A stretch of DNA of 64,000 nucleotides, from assembly GCF_009834535.1 (NCBI RefSeq), contig NC_045697.1, positions 116,686,001-116,750,000 on the forward strand, written 5' to 3'. Source of the stretch: Camelus ferus. Its lineage: Eukaryota. The position numbers and the translations under genes are program-made. This document shows positions 27,335 through 41,277 of this stretch, piece by piece (the first letter of the stretch is position 1; each line of letters begins with the position of its first letter). The notes beneath the pieces were generated by a model. The model had not been told where the DNA came from and made no database searches. It saw only the letters and a program-made list of their open reading frames with translations.

Positions 27335-29455
27335 TAAAACAGATTTTATTTTTAGGGCAGTTTTAGGTTCAGCTAAATTAAAAGGAAGGTACAGAGATTT
27401 CACCTATGCTCTGTGCCCTCCCTCCCCACGCACATACACATGCGAAGCTTCCCCCATTATCAATACCTCTCACCAGGTGATACATTTGTTACAGTTGATA
27501 AAGCTACATTGAAACATATTATCACCCAGATTCCACAGTTTATGTTATAGTTCACTCTTAGTGTTACATGGTCTATGGGTTTGGACATATATATGTATAT
27601 ACTACATATCCATCACTATAGTGTCCTCCATATGGTATCATACAGGGCGTATCATGCCCTAAAAATCCTCTGTGTGCCTCCTGTTCACCCCTCACTGCCC
27701 CTTAGCTCCTGGCAACCACTGATCTTTTTATTGCATCCAGTTTTGCCTTTTACAGAATGTTATATAGTTTTAATTATATGGTATATAGCTTTATCAGATT
27801 GACTTATTTCACTGAGTGATAATGCCTTAAGTTTCCTCCATGTCTTTTCATGGCTTGATAGATTATTTCCTTTTAGCACTGAATAATATTCCACTGTCTG
27901 GATATAACACAGTTTATGTATTCATTCACCTACTGGAGCACATCTTGGTTGCTTCCAAGTTTTGGCAATGAATAATGAAGTTGCAGTAAACACCCAGGTG
28001 CAGATTTTTGTATGGACACAAGTTTTCAATTCCTTGGATAAACACCAAGAAGCACAATTGCTGGATGGCATGTTAAGAGTATGTTTTGCTTTGTAAGAAA
28101 CTAACAAACTGCCTCCCAGAGTGGCTGTACCATCTTACATTCCCGTCAGCAATAGCTGAGAGTTCCTGTTGCTCCGCATCCTTACCAGCATTTGGTGTTG
28201 TCAGCGTTCTGGATTTTGACCCCGCTAGTAAGTGTGTAGCAGTGTCTCATTGTTTTAATTTGCATTTCCTGGTGACACAGGATGTAAAGCAACTTCTCAT
28301 GTAATTATTTGCCATGTGTATATCTTCTTTGGCGAAGTGTTTGTTAAGGCGCTTGGCCCACTTTTAAATTGGTTGTTTGTTTTCTAAAGTTTTAAGAGTT
28401 CTTTGTATATTTTTGGATCATGGTCCTTTATCAGCTGAGTCCTTTGCAAATATTTTCTCTCAGTCTGTGGCTCTTCTTGCAATTCTCTTGACATTGTCTT
28501 TTGCAAAGCAGAAGTTTTAAATTTTAATGAAGACTAGCGTATCAATTATTTCTTTCGTGAATCATGTCTTTGGTGCGGTATATGGTCATCTAGGTTTTCT
28601 CCTACGTCATGTTCTAGGACTCTTATAGTTCTGCATTTTACATTGAGATCTGTGGTCTATTTCGAGTTAATTTTCGTGAGGAGTGTAAGGTCTGTGTCTG
28701 GATCCTCTTTTTTTTCGGATTTGGATGTTTATTTGTTCCAGCACCATTTGTTGAAGAGGCTATCTTTGTTGCATCGCATTGCCTTTGTGCCTTTTTCAAA
28801 GGTCAGTTGACTATATATGTAAGAGTCTGTTTCTCTTCTGTTCCGCTGATCTGCTTGTTCTTTCACTAATACCATGTTGTCTTGATTATGCAGCTTTATA
28901 GTAAGTATGGAAGTTGGAAAGTGTCGGTCCTCCGATTTTGTTCTTCTCCAATATTGTGTTGGCTATTTTGGGTCTTTTGCTTTTCCATACAAACTTAAGA
29001 ATCAACTTGTCTGTATCCATAAACCTGCTGGCATTTTGATCAAGATTGCACTGTACCTAGAGATCAAGTTGGGAAGAGCAGATGTTTTGACAATATTGAG
29101 TCTTCCTTTGTATGAACATGGACTATATCTCCATTTATTTAGCTCTCCTTTGATTTCATTCACCAGTCTTATAGTTTTCCTCATATAAATCTTGAACACA
29201 CTTTGTTAGATTTAAACTGATGTATTTCATTTCTTGGGTGCTAATTAAATGGTATTGTGTTTCTAATTCCAAATTTCACTTGTTTATTGTCGGTATATAA
29301 GGGAAACAATGGACTTTTCTATATTAAGCTTGTATCCTGCAACTTTGCTATAATTGCTTATTAGTTCCAGGAATTATTTTGTTGATTCTTTTCGAATTTT
29401 CTACATAGAGGATCATGTCAGCTGTGAACAAAGACAGTTTTTATGTCTTCCTTTC
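27335..29455 (-). mobile_element. Ancient L1 (L1MC-like) 3' ~2.1 kb
   Basis: 3' end ttttagggcagttttaggttca...gtacagagatttc; ORF2 remnants [24 protein letters not shown] and AKTWKQPRC. Confidence 0.9.
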
Positions 29456-30299
29456 CTGTCAGTAATCAGTAACAAGAACACTCAGTATTATCTTCATTTC
29501 CCAGCTCAGGAAACTGAAGCACAGGGACATCATGTGATCGGCATAGGTCACATGACTGGTAGTGCCAAGGCAATGCTTTTTGCTGTAAAGTGTTTATGCT
29601 CCCCAGCAATGCAAAAGATGGTACATCATTTTTATTTTGATAGTTATGTGTTTATTTTAATATGTCAGAAAATCTAGGACAAGCACATCTAGCTCATGAT
29701 TTTATGTAGATTGTTGCCAAGTTTTAAAAGTGAATCCATTTAAAGATGAATGTTACATAGTAATATGGCATGTGGACATGACAACATATTAGAAATAAAT
29801 CTGCCTGTTTTTATTCCTTCTTGACTCATTTCTTTTTCTTTTCTACTAAATCATTTTATACCATACTGTTACCTACAGGATAAAATCCAAAGTTTGGCAT
29901 TAGTCTATACAGCTAGCTCTAGCCAGCTGACCTCTCAATTTATCCACCAGAGGCCAAGAAGTCTATTCACCGTACATCAAGGACACTGTGGGCTTGACTC
30001 TCTTGAAATGCCCACCTCTCTCCTTTCCATCTATTTTTCTATTTTGAGATCTACACTGTATTACCTCCTCTATGATGCCATGAAACACGGTTTCAGAATG
30101 GTCTCATTTTTCATTTATAGAGTTTAGTTTTAGAAATCAATAACTTAAACATTAAATCTATGTATTATGGATAATTTATCCATCAATGTTTATTAGGTAA
30201 CTTTTGTCTTCTTGACTTTATAATCTTATAATTGAGGGGCAAAAGAGCCACACATGAAAAGTGAACTTACAAAAAACTAACAACAGAGGCCATGACAGT

Positions 30300-30303
<4 letters not shown>

Positions 30304-30344
<41 letters not shown>

Positions 30345-30597
30345 CTTTTTATTGAACTATAATTGATTTACAAAGTTGCATTAGTTTTTGGGGTACAGCC
30401 AGGTGATTCAGTTATACATATATATTCTTTTTCATTATAGGTTATTACAAGATATTGAATATAGTTCCCTGGGCTGAATAGGAGGACCTTGTTGTTTAAC
30501 TATTTTATATAGAGTAGTTTGTAACTGCTAATCCCCAGCTCCTAATTTATCCCTCCCCCTCCCCTCTCCCCTTTGGTAACTACAATTTGTTTTCTAG
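30304..30597 (-). mobile_element. Short young L1 3'UTR fragment with (TA)n tail
   Basis: Same 3'UTR family as the other young copies; TSD ccatgacagtcatt / ccatgacagccatt. Confidence 0.9.
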
Positions 30598-31169
30598 GAG
30601 GAGTCCATGACAGCCATTATAAAAGGACACATGGATGTGTTGGAAAGGTCATAAGTTAGAATTAGACACCTGAATTTGTTGCTTATTAGCAGCAATTAAT
30701 GGGAACTTGGGCAACTTACTTAGGTGTTCTTAAGATTTCTCATCGTTAAATAAGAGAAAAATGTATTTTGCAGACTGTAAACCATAAGATAATGTTCTGT
30801 AAAATGCTGTGTAAACTGCATAGCGATCTGCAAGTACATTTTTATTTGCCATAATCCTTTCTATGGCAGGAGTATATTACTAACGGGAATTTTGAGACTG
30901 AGTCATTTTAAAATTGGTTTCCATCTGTAGGCCTTGGACAACAATAAATTTAATATAATCAAAAGAAAATATAGCATAATCACAAAAGTCCCCCTTTGGA
31001 GTTATTAAATAAAAGATTCTAAATATGAAAGCACTTACTAGAAAAGGTTAATGTGTCTGGCCAGATTCCAAGACTTTTAATGAAATAACGGTAATGAAAT
31101 AAGCATGGCTTTGATATCAGGAGATACAAATAGACTCCACACACACACACACACACAAATGTGGAATGT

Positions 31170-32790
31170 AAGACAGGTGCCATTGTAGACCATTGGGGGA
31201 AAAAGACTATTAAATGGGGTAAACCATTGCTAACTAGATGGGGAAAGGTACAATTAGATACCAGCCTCACACTCTCTATAAAATGACTAAATAATGTTCT
31301 GGTGGATGAGAGACCTAGATTATGAAAATCTAAACCTTAAAACCTTAAAAAGAAATAAAGGAGACTATCTACATAACATTAGGACAGATAACATTTCTTA
31401 AGACAAGTCATCATGAAATTAGAAGGTTTTTACTGCACTAAAATGAAAAATTTCCATATGACTCAAAAAATTAATTAAGAGCTACACCCCTTTATTGGAA
31501 AATTACAGTCACCATCATCACTAACAAAAACTTTGTGTCCAGAATAAAGAACAGATACAAATCAATCAGAAAAACACCAAAAATAGGGGGAAAATGGGCA
31601 CAGGATATGAATAGACAAGTCACAAAAGAAGAAATGTATTAGAAATGTACTCAGAAATCAGCAAAACTTTGAAGCCTGTTGGTGGGAGTGTGGAGTGAAT
31701 AAGAACCTGACATTGCTGTGGGAATGTAAATTAGCACAAATATTTCGGAGGATAATTCACTGTTGTCAAGAAAATCAAAGATGCACATACCCTGCAAATC
31801 AGCAACTTACTTCTACGTGTTGACCTTAAATAGACTCTTATCCCTGGAGGTGACAGATGCAAGGCTGTCTCTTTCAGCATTGTTTGTAACAGTGAAAACG
31901 AGACACGTGGGGTCAACCAAATTGTCTGTCTGTAGGGAAGTGAACAAATAAGCTCTGGTTTAGTCTTATGATGAAAGGCTTAGTTGAAGAAAAAGATGAA
32001 ATAAAGAAGTAAAGAAAGTTATCAAAATGGCTAAATTTCAATAATATTTAGGGGAAAAAAAGCAAGCAACAGGATGATATGTTGAGTGTGGAACCATTTC
32101 TACAGAAATCCTATCACACTCCAAAAAGGTCTACATAGTTTATTTTATGGATGTGGACTTGCATAAAATATGCTTGGAATCATACAAGCCAACTTTGGTC
32201 TCATGTTTCATCTGGGGATGTCGGGGAACTAGCTGGGGGCCAGAGAATTGGCTGTTATCAGAAGTTTTACTCCTTAAAAGAAGTCACTGGAAGCAAACAA
32301 GGGAAAATGTTGATATTTTAAAAATCAGCATGTAGGGATATGAGGATAAAGAACCTTTTTGTTATTCTGTAGGATGCTTTCTGTTGTATCTCACATATTC
32401 ATATATATACTTACAAATATATATATATTTAATGATCCAGCAGTTCTGCTCCTAGGTATTTATCTATGAGAAATGAAATGTGTACCCACAAAAAGACTTA
32501 TACAAGCATGTTCATAGCAGCCTTATTCTTCCTGGCTCTAAACTGGAAATAATACATATGGCATTGTAAATCGACAACACTTCAATGAAAAAAAATAAAA
32601 TGAAATAAAAAAGAAATAATGCGTATGTCCATCGACAGGGGAAGCACTCTGGTTAGACAATGAAAAGTCCCTCAACAGCAGGAAGGAATGAATGACCTCT
32701 ACACACTCAGCATGGGTGTCTGTCATAAAAGCTATATGTGAGCTAGAGAAACACCCAGAAAGCAACATTATAAGGTTCTGTTTACGTGGC
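31170..32790 (+). mobile_element. Fragmented ancient L1 (L1ME-like) ORF2 and 3' remnants
   Basis: Degenerate ORF2 motifs (ggggaaaatgggcacaggatatgaatagac; gatccagcagttctgctcctaggtatttat). Confidence 0.65.
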
Positions 32791-32794
32791 CACA

Positions 32795-33716
32795 ATACTG
32801 GCCGCATAATTTGAATAGCCCGGCGCAGAATGAAAATGTGGAGCCACAGAAGAGGAAGAAGTGCCCTTAAAATTACCAAGACGTCAGGCTTTTCCTTTCT
32901 GCCACCGTCTTTTGAATCATCGTGGCATTTTTATTTGCTATTTAATCTTGCTTGAAGTAAAGAAAAGTTAAAAATTAAAATTGTTACATTTACTATTCAA
33001 TATTAGAATGTATTGTTCCTCTTTACATTGTGCAATGCCAGCTTTAAATGCCAATATCCGAACATTTCTCTTGTACGCGGAATTACGGGACTGACGCAAT
33101 TTGTATTTTGTTGCTCATACATCCGCGTGTATTTTGTTCTTACCCAAAGAGTGGACATGCTGCACAGAGCTAATTTAAGCATTTTTATTTCACTTCTTGA
33201 TGCACGAACACTCTACCAACACTCTGCACCTTTGGCTTAATGATGAGTAAGACCTGAAGGGTAAAGGAACGAAGGTGCACTCTGCCCTCTCTCTCCTCTC
33301 CTCTTAGAGCATCATTTTTAGCGTAAGTGGCCGCCCAACGCAGGGAAGTCAAAGCAATAGGAAAGGACGTGTCATACCCTTCCTTGCTCACTGGTGTTCC
33401 CTAGAACACCGTCGCTTCCGTCTTGGGTTGGAAGCAAGTTCTGACTGGCATGTAAAAGCGTTTGTTCATTCCTAGTGGGACTATGCTTACCTCACTTTGT
33501 ATCTTGCTGAACTCCCAGTCATCACTTGTGCCCCGGAATTTTGTCCTCCTGGGGCTTTGCAAAGGCCCCAAGCCAATGGGGCGACAAGGAACCAAGGATG
33601 CACTGTCCAATCAGACTCGATTTCCAAAACACAGGTTCAAAGATAAACTTCTCAAGAACTTCAAGACAGCAATAATAGCTGGGTGCAAACTAAATGTGGG
33701 GCCCTTGTGAGCACAG
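32795..33716 (+). mobile_element. MER45-family (hAT-Tip100) DNA transposon, long form (MER45B-like)
   Basis: Start cataatttgaatagcccggcgcagaatgaaaatgtgg; end aagaacttcaagacagc...tgtggggcccttgtgagc, matching recalled MER45 ends. Confidence 0.7.
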
Positions 33717-35754
33717 TTATTTGTGTCTACATTTCAGTTATGGGCACATATGTTTCCCCAAACTCAGCAAACTTAAAATCTGTGCAATGTATCACATGTA
33801 ACTTGCAAGTAAATAAAAAATAAAACAACAAAAATCACCCCCAGCAGTTTTCTCCCAAATGCAAAACTGCAAAAAATTTTCATGTTATTGATTTAATTTT
33901 TCATGATGACTAATCATGTAACAAACAGAATAGATCAAATCGATCAAGTTGATCAGTTATCAGCCTCCTCCTACCACATCCTTCCAGTTTTATGATCTAC
34001 TTCAGTAGTTATTTAAAAGTGGCAAAATGATTACACAGTCACAGAGTAATTTTTTGTCTTGTTCTGTATTATCTTCCCAGAGAAAGCACAGTTATTCCTT
34101 TGAATAGTGTAACACATGAAAAAGAAGATTGTAATGATAAGTCTACAATTTCAGCTAAACAACAAAGAACTGCTTCCTTCTTTTGTCTCGTGGAATACGT
34201 AATGTGCCTGTAACCTGCGGGAAATTTACATTCATTTTTCTCCAGGACAGTGTGAGCCCCTAGAAAGAAAGGCTTTGATAAGGATCACGATCTCGTGCCT
34301 CCTGGGCGCATTTGTCCCGGTCAAGGACACATGCTGAAGGGTGCTTCCCCTGGTGCGGTTATAATCACACCAGCGAGAAGGAATGAAGTTCAGTGTGGCT
34401 GGGCTTCGCCTCACACTTAGTTATCACATCTGCAATGCAATCAAGAACTTTAATGTATCTTCTTAAGATTTTACTTGAGCATTTTCCCAGTGATTAACCT
34501 TCAGGAGGATGGTGACTTATTTTCACGTTTGTCTGTAATAAGGAAGCTAACATACTGTCTGATTATTTCTCTGTTCACTGAAAGTGATGGAGGCACTTTG
34601 TAAAGAAACTTATGAATACAGGATGGTCTCTTTACTTCCTTGATGGTCACCATCAAAGAAAAATTTTGTTCACATATATATATGATATAAAATATGAAAA
34701 CCACATTCCAACCATTCAGGTAAAGTATCTGTAACAATTGAAATTGTACTTCAAGCAGCTCTTCCATTTTTTTTCACCCAGAGAGAAACATTGAAATTAT
34801 TTTTACTGTTAATGGTTTTTGAATCTCCTGGAACTTTTCCATATCATAATTTCAAAATAATGACAAGTCTCTCATTTGCAGAATGTAGGAGCATTTTTAA
34901 GGCCATCACCTGAAGCTGGTTTGAATTATAAAAGCCGCACATTAGTCACAGACCCACAGAAAAATTACAAATCTGCAAAAGCCAAGGTTCAGAGCCACTG
35001 CCTGGGGGATGCTGGTCAAGAATTTGGTCTGTCTCCCTGCCCCGACTGCCACCCCTGCGGGGACACTTAGGGCTGCCCGCTGCGCTCTTTGGGCATCTGG
35101 GACATGACCTCCATGGTTACGGAGGCTCCTTGGCCATGACAGGCAGCAATGATGCTGTAACTGGCTGCTGAACGAGACAGCCGGGTGCCGGGGTGCCAAG
35201 AACCGGCTCAGCTCTCAGCGGGGAAGCTGCAAGGGCTGCTGGTCAGGCCTCACTCTGCGAGGCCGCCTTCTAGGAACCCTGGACAGCGACGGTGGTGGCT
35301 GGAGGCAGCTGGTCTAGGAGCTCTCTGGCTGCCACCGCACAGCCCTATAGGCTTGGAGGATTAACTTCTTAGCGTGCCCGAACCCCTTTCCCGGACACCA
35401 GCACAGCGGGCTTGCCAGGGAGCGGGAGTTGGAAGGCACTGATCTAGAGCGCTGTCTCTTAAAAAAGGACATTTCAAGGCTGAGCAGATTCAGACATCCT
35501 GCCAAGGGATATTTTCCCAGGCTGAACTGAATAACTTTGGATCTGTCTCAGGCTTTTCAACCCAAACCTGCAAAAACAGACCTCCAATATCACTCTCACG
35601 CCACTGGGGATGGCCCTCTTGGTAATTAATTGAGACTAAATGTCACACCCTGGAAATCATGGCCTCTGTCAGGTTCCCTGAGCTATCCTTAACCCAACTG
35701 ATCTCCAGCTTATTCGCAGATATATCCTACCTCATTTAAAGCTGGACACCTGGT

Positions 35755-36133
35755 GTGATGACGTGGACATGTCAACTCTGTTAAGCTGAGGACTCTATTC
35801 CGCCAGAATCAGCCTCTCTGGGTGGCTCCTGGGGGGCTCGTGGAGCAGTGGCCATTGCTTTTGCAGGTGGGCTTCGTCGGGTGCTCTGATGAGAGATGCA
35901 CAGGTGCCTGTGGTCCAGCCTGTCCCGGCTCCTCTCCGCCACCTCCTGCCCAGCTCGCCTCCGACCTGATCATCCTGTTGCTCAGTTTCAGCTTCCGGCC
36001 AACATCCAGCATCAGCTTGGCTGTCCTCACAGATGCGCTGGCTTCACACCAAGGTGAAAGCTTCCTGTAGACTCCCCGGGGGCTCCCCTCCCAGGCCCGC
36101 TGGCAGCTGACGTGCCTGGTTCTCAGACTGACA
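35755..36133 (+). mobile_element. LTR33-like ancient ERVL LTR, GC-enriched
   Basis: atgtcaactctgttaagctgaggactctattccgccagaat resembles the LTR33 5' end; ends ...ctcagactgaca. Confidence 0.55.
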
Positions 36134-36289
36134 GGTCCAGCCCTTCCTGCCGGACGCTCCTTTCCCAGGCTCCTCTCCCCACTGTGTGAGATCCAGCTCC
36201 TATCACAACTCCTGATTCAGTGTTCACCATGACTCTGCTGCCCTGTTCAGATCCTGTCTCCTACATCTTGCTCTCCAAGTACCTCTATT

Positions 36290-36660
36290 TCTCTGACTTT
36301 CTGAGCTTCCTTTCTTTCCTCGGCCGATGCCTTTCACCAGGAAGACTCTCCTTCCCCATTTGTGATCAGAGACATCCTATCCGTCCTTTGAAGATTCATC
36401 TCTGATGCCAACTGCTCCATGAAGGCTTGCTGGTTATCCCAAGTGGAGACCACTTCTCTTTGGAACTCCTGCACACTTGTAGTTCTTCTTCTCTGCTCTC
36501 ACGCTCGTGTTTTACGGTCAGTCATTTTATTCTTCCTACTGGAAAGCAACTCACTTCCTAGACAGAAACTGTGGCTTGATCCCTTTGGTGCCCTAAGGCA
36601 TTTCATCTGTACCATTCTTAGCACTTGATGAATATTTGTTCACTTGAGTTGAATATTGAT
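36290..36660 (+). mobile_element. L2 3' region
   Basis: atccgtcctttgaagattcatctctgatgccaactgctccatgaaggct...gcacttgatgaatatttgtt. Confidence 0.6.
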
Positions 36661-37449
36661 ACAGAAATAAAATCTCTAAGAAGTTTCATGATTAGCCCAA
36701 AGTTATAAAGGGAATTCAATTAATCTAGTTAATGTATTTGAGGAAAATCTGTTATTGCCCAACAGGCAATGATGGTCTCCAGGCATCATTCCAAGACTGT
36801 TTTTATGATGCGGTGCAGGTAATGTGGCGGGTAGTATTGGGTTTCCCTTCTTTAGAAACAAAGCCAAAATAATTTTGCCATTAGGCTCATGTCCGTTCAC
36901 AGTCAACTGAGTTTTAGGCTTTCTTGTTGTTACATCAGGGAACTCCTGTCTATTTGTCTGCGAATGAAATGTGACATGAAATTCCAGTACACAAAACAGA
37001 GAATCAGAAAAGCTCTTCCACAACAAGAACAGCAACAGCAAAACCAAAATCTTTCAAATCAGCCACCCGTGAGCTTAGTGTATCCAGAGAGAAGAGTGGA
37101 GCAGCCCGAGGTGATGCAGAGGCCACCCTGCCCTTCCCCCTCCTGCCCAGGCGTCAGGTGCCTCTGGGGAACCAGGGGCTCCGTGGACCACAGCTGAAAA
37201 GCTGCCAGCCCAGCATGCCCATTCGTGAGGGCTGATCTCATTGTGTGCAGACACGGGCAGGTCAGACACGCGGCATCTCAGGCCCCTCTCGCCACCCACC
37301 CACCTGGACACTATGCTTTTTAGGAAGATTCCCAGGGGATTCTTATATGCCCTGAAGTTTGAGGAGCATGAATTTCGAGGATTCAGGGGAATGTCAGGAT
37401 AGGAAAGGGGACACAATCAGAACTTATGTAAGTAGACAGGGGTAATGAG

Positions 37450-37883
37450 ATTGAATGGATTGCGTCCACAAGGGAGAAGCGTGCTGGAATCTCCTTTCCT
37501 GTAAGATTCTGGGCCACACAGGAAACGCAGGCGATGTTTGGGAGGTTGAGGGAGCTGCGGTGATGGTGAGACACCAGCAGGCTCAGTGCAGGGCTCCAGC
37601 CCACGGTCTGCGGCTGGCCTCTTCCGGGCGGGGCAGCAGCAGGTGCCCCTGGCCCGGGTCTTGCTGGGTCTCCTGCTTCAGCATCCCCGAGTCCTGGGCC
37701 GGCCCGCGTGCAGCCTGGCGCTGAAGAGCACGGGTACCCATGTGCGTCGCTGGAGCAGCCGCGGGGACAGGGGCACAGTCCTGCTGGTCCTGTTGGATTT
37801 CCGTGTATCCTTGTGAGTCCCCGCTGCTCTTCAGAGATTCGAACTTGCCCTTGATCTCTCCAGCTTGGCAGCCAGATTTTCTT
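37450..37883 (+). mobile_element. Second LTR33-like ERVL LTR, strongly GC/CpG-enriched
   Basis: ggaatctcctttcctgtaagattctgggccacacaggaaacgcaggcgatgtttgggagg resembles the LTR33-group 5' part. Confidence 0.5.
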
Positions 37884-38200
37884 CCCCCCCCCCCCCCCCC
37901 CCCCCGCGCAGCTGACCTACAGCAACCTCCGCCTGGCGGCCGGATGCAGCCGCGGCAGCCTGGCGCATCTCCCTGCTTCCCGGGAGGGACGTTCTCTGAC
38001 TCTGCACTCCTCCCCTCTTCCAGAGCCTTCTTTCCGCAGCTGCTCCCGCAGTCGGTGAGTTTCATCCCAATAACTCATCCCTTATTCCCCATCAGTCGTC
38101 GTGGTCCTTCCGCTCCCCCCGTTAAACCCTGACGGACACACGTACTGGGCCCCCCGAGAGCGCCTGCCTCCTGCTTTTCGCGGGGTCTCTGCCCACCTGC
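37540..38200. promoter_or_regulatory. CpG-island-like region containing a C22 homopolymer (37884-37905)
   Basis: Dense CpGs (ggccggcccgcg, gcggccggatgcagccgcggc); strong donor cg|gtgagt at 38054/38055. Confidence 0.5.
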
Positions 38201-39456
38201 TCCTTCACAGGTCTTGTGTGGTCTCAGTCCAGGGTTTCCTGGATGCCTTGAAAAAGGAAGTAACATTTTCTAGAAGAATTTTTAAAATTTGATATGGTTA
38301 AAATAGCTTTTTCTTTTTGGGGTTTCTTGATGAGGCCCCAAACAATCGGTGAGATGCTACTTAATGCCTTTCTTAGAGATAAGAAAAAAAAAAAAAAAAC
38401 CCTCCTAACCGAGGAGCACAGAACCAGAGGAGAAAGCTCAAGAGAAATAGGCAATTAGGAGGAGAAGGACAAAAAGGACCATTGGAGATGGAATAGGATG
38501 ATAATGAACTAACATTGTTTTGTACCAAGAAGCGAATCATCCCAGGGGATCGGCCTCTCTCATCTTTCCTTTAACTATGTTTTCCCGCTAGCCTGTCAAA
38601 TCAACCCCCTGTGAGTTTAGTGTAACCAGAAGACATACAATTCTCTTGCCTCGTATTTTAATTAATGTAAAGTTTGGTCAGAAACATGAGGTTATCTTTA
38701 CTCCTAACCATGAAATAGTCTGTCTTACAATCTTAGGAGTTTTCTTGTGCCTTGAACTGAGCTATCAGATTGCAACCGTAAGAGGAAAGAGTGTCCGTTC
38801 TCCATAATTTAGTCCATTTAATCTGCAGCCAACTTGTTCATTGCCTCTGGGGGTCATTCCAGTTTCCAGGTTTTCCTTTCTACCCTTGACTGGGGTACTT
38901 AAAAGCCTACCTCTTCAGATATTGAATAAAATATTTCATTATTTTATGTTTTAACAAGAAGCCCTTACGTTTTGGAGCTAGCCCTTTTCTCTTTCAAGCA
39001 GTTGCCTCGGAAGCCGTAAAGGTTCATATTTTCTAGATCTTTATCTCAGAGAAATACAGAACGTGTGAATCTTGGTACCCTTCAACCGAGGGTTGCTGGC
39101 AGTACTAAAGGAGCCCCTGCAACACAGCCCTTCCCCTGCTAGAATGAGGGCTCTGTGGAGGGAGGGATTTGGATTTGCTCACCGTTGTGTTGCCGGCATC
39201 CAAACAGCTCATGGCACACAGTCGGTGCTCAGTCAGGAGGTCCTTTGTGGTGTGCCGCACCTGCTTTTATATCCACCATCAGCCTTGCATACAAATGTGC
39301 ATGACTTAGGGAAGGCAGTCAGGACAAGCTGTGTGAAGGATGAAACACTGAACGATGGGTCCAGGATCTGCTGCTTCCTAACCTGATTCACATGATGTGA
39401 TAGGGTGTTCTCCGTGGGTTCTGTGACCTGAATTGTAAGTGTGCTTGGCTGTTGAC

Positions 39457-39881
39457 TGCGGTAGGCTGAATGACCCCAACCCCACTCCATCTCCACATCT
39501 TAATCCCTGGAATCTGAGCGTGTTACCTTACATGGCAGAAGGACCCTGAGATGAGATGAGAGCACCCTGAATTATCCATGTGAGCCTGATGCAACCACCA
39601 GGGTCCTTACAAGAGGCGGAAGAGCCCATGACTAGTTGGAGATGGAGGAAAGGGTTTGGACAGATGTGGCCACAATGTGGCAGCTTATAAAAGCTGGAAG
39701 GAGCTTGGAATGAGATTCTCTCCCAGAGCTTCTGAGAGGAGCCAGCCCAGTCAACACCTGGACTCTAGTCCTGAAACGCTCTCCAGACTTCTGACCTCCA
39801 GAACTAGAAGAAAATAAATTAGTGCTTTAAGCCGCTCTGTTTGTGGTAATCTGTTACAACGACCGCGAGAAAACTAATACA
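39457..39881 (+). mobile_element. MaLR solo LTR (MLT1C/D-like)
   Basis: TG...CA ends; taatccctggaatc...gttaccttacatggc; gacttctgacctccagaact...tttgtggtaatctgttaca...aactaataca. Confidence 0.85.
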
Positions 39882-40167
39882 CCGACTGTGTTATTTTCTC
39901 TGCATCAGGAGGCTTCTTTCCTTTGTTGCGATCTTTATAACTTTTTGGTATTATTTGGCCATCCTTAAGTTCTCAAGTAAAATAAAATTTTATAAAGTCA
40001 ATAATTCAGTGATGATTTTCCCACTGCATTTTTGTTCCTTATTTTGAAATTCTTTGAAGTTGAATGATGGTAACATCACTATAAAACTGATCATAGTTTA
40101 CTTAGAAGACTTAGAACATGCTGGGGGATGCCTTCATTTAGGGACGTATCTCTTCATATAGTTACTA

Positions 40168-40662
40168 CAGACATACCTCAGAGATACTGCGCGTTTGGTT
40201 CCAGACCACCGCAGCAAAGCAAATATTGCGGTAAAGTGAGTCACATGAATTGTTTTGTTTTCCAAGTTCATATCAAAGTTGTGTTCAGGCTATACTGTAG
40301 TCAACTGAGTGTTCAACAGCATTATGTCTAGAAAACCTGCCTTAATTAAAAAAATGCCTAAGTGATAAAAAGTGCTACCCATCACCGGAGCCTTCAGCGA
40401 GTCATAATCTTTTGTAGCAGCAACATCAAAGGTCACTGATCACAGATCACCGTGACAAACATAACAAAAATGGAAAAGTTTGAAACATTGCGAGAATTAC
40501 CAAAACGCAACACACAGACATGAAGTGAGCACGTGCTGTTGGGAGAAGGGTGCCGATAGATCTGTTTGATACAGGATTGCCACAAACCTTCAGTTTGTAA
40601 AACAAATACTCAGCATCTGTGAAGCACAATAAAGCCAAATTCAATAAAGTGAGGTATGTCTG
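40168..40662 (-). mobile_element. Internally deleted Tigger1 MITE (Tigger1a_Art-like), 495 bp
   Basis: TIRs cagacatacctc / gaggtatgtctg; TA at left end; Tigger1 terminal sequences (ggttccagaccaccgc; ttgccacaaaccttca). Confidence 0.85.
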
Positions 40663-41277
40663 TCATTGTTTCCATAGTGAGTTTCCATTTATCATCATTG
40701 TTCCTCTCAACAACCCTTAAAAGTAGGTATTAACCTTGTTTTACAAATGAGGAAACACTTCCAGAGAGAATAATTTATCTTGCTCCAGGTGAAATTGGGT
40801 GAAATTAGAGGATAACAGAGAGGACGTTTGAATTCAAATCTGTCTGTTTCTGAAGGATGCATCCTTATGCTGTTACTTTATTGCATCGCCCCTCCCACCC
40901 CAAGTTTAAAGAAAATCACTGAAATCAGTAACGTGAACTTTTAATACTGTTTGAGAAACCAAAGAATGTGTTGGTTATTGGGATCTGAATTCTTCCTCCC
41001 AGGAGACGGTGGCTGGTCTCCAAACAGGACCTCTGGTGTGTGGGTGTGGTGGCGTGAGGTTTGGACAAACCGTATCTACCAGATCATATCTGGTATGAGG
41101 TTTGGATCTTTTCTGCCAGACTGAGCTAGAATCAGGGCTGACAACAGAGTGTGAGCAGCAGTCAGCAATTCGTGGGAGTCAATTTGGATGAGAGAGTCAG
41201 TAAGGAACAGGGAGTGAATCCATGAAGATAAATATGTTTATCCATCAGTTGACACATAAATAAATCAATCCCTTAAC

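Noticed and set aside
35809..36070. Possible processed pseudogene or ORFs
   Set aside because: The sequence fits an ancient ERVL LTR better; no poly(A) or TSD and no protein match.
37583..38132. 160-aa and 130-aa ORFs with poly-Gly or poly-Pro
   Set aside because: Explained by the GC-rich LTR33-like sequence and the C22 tract; no recognisable domain.
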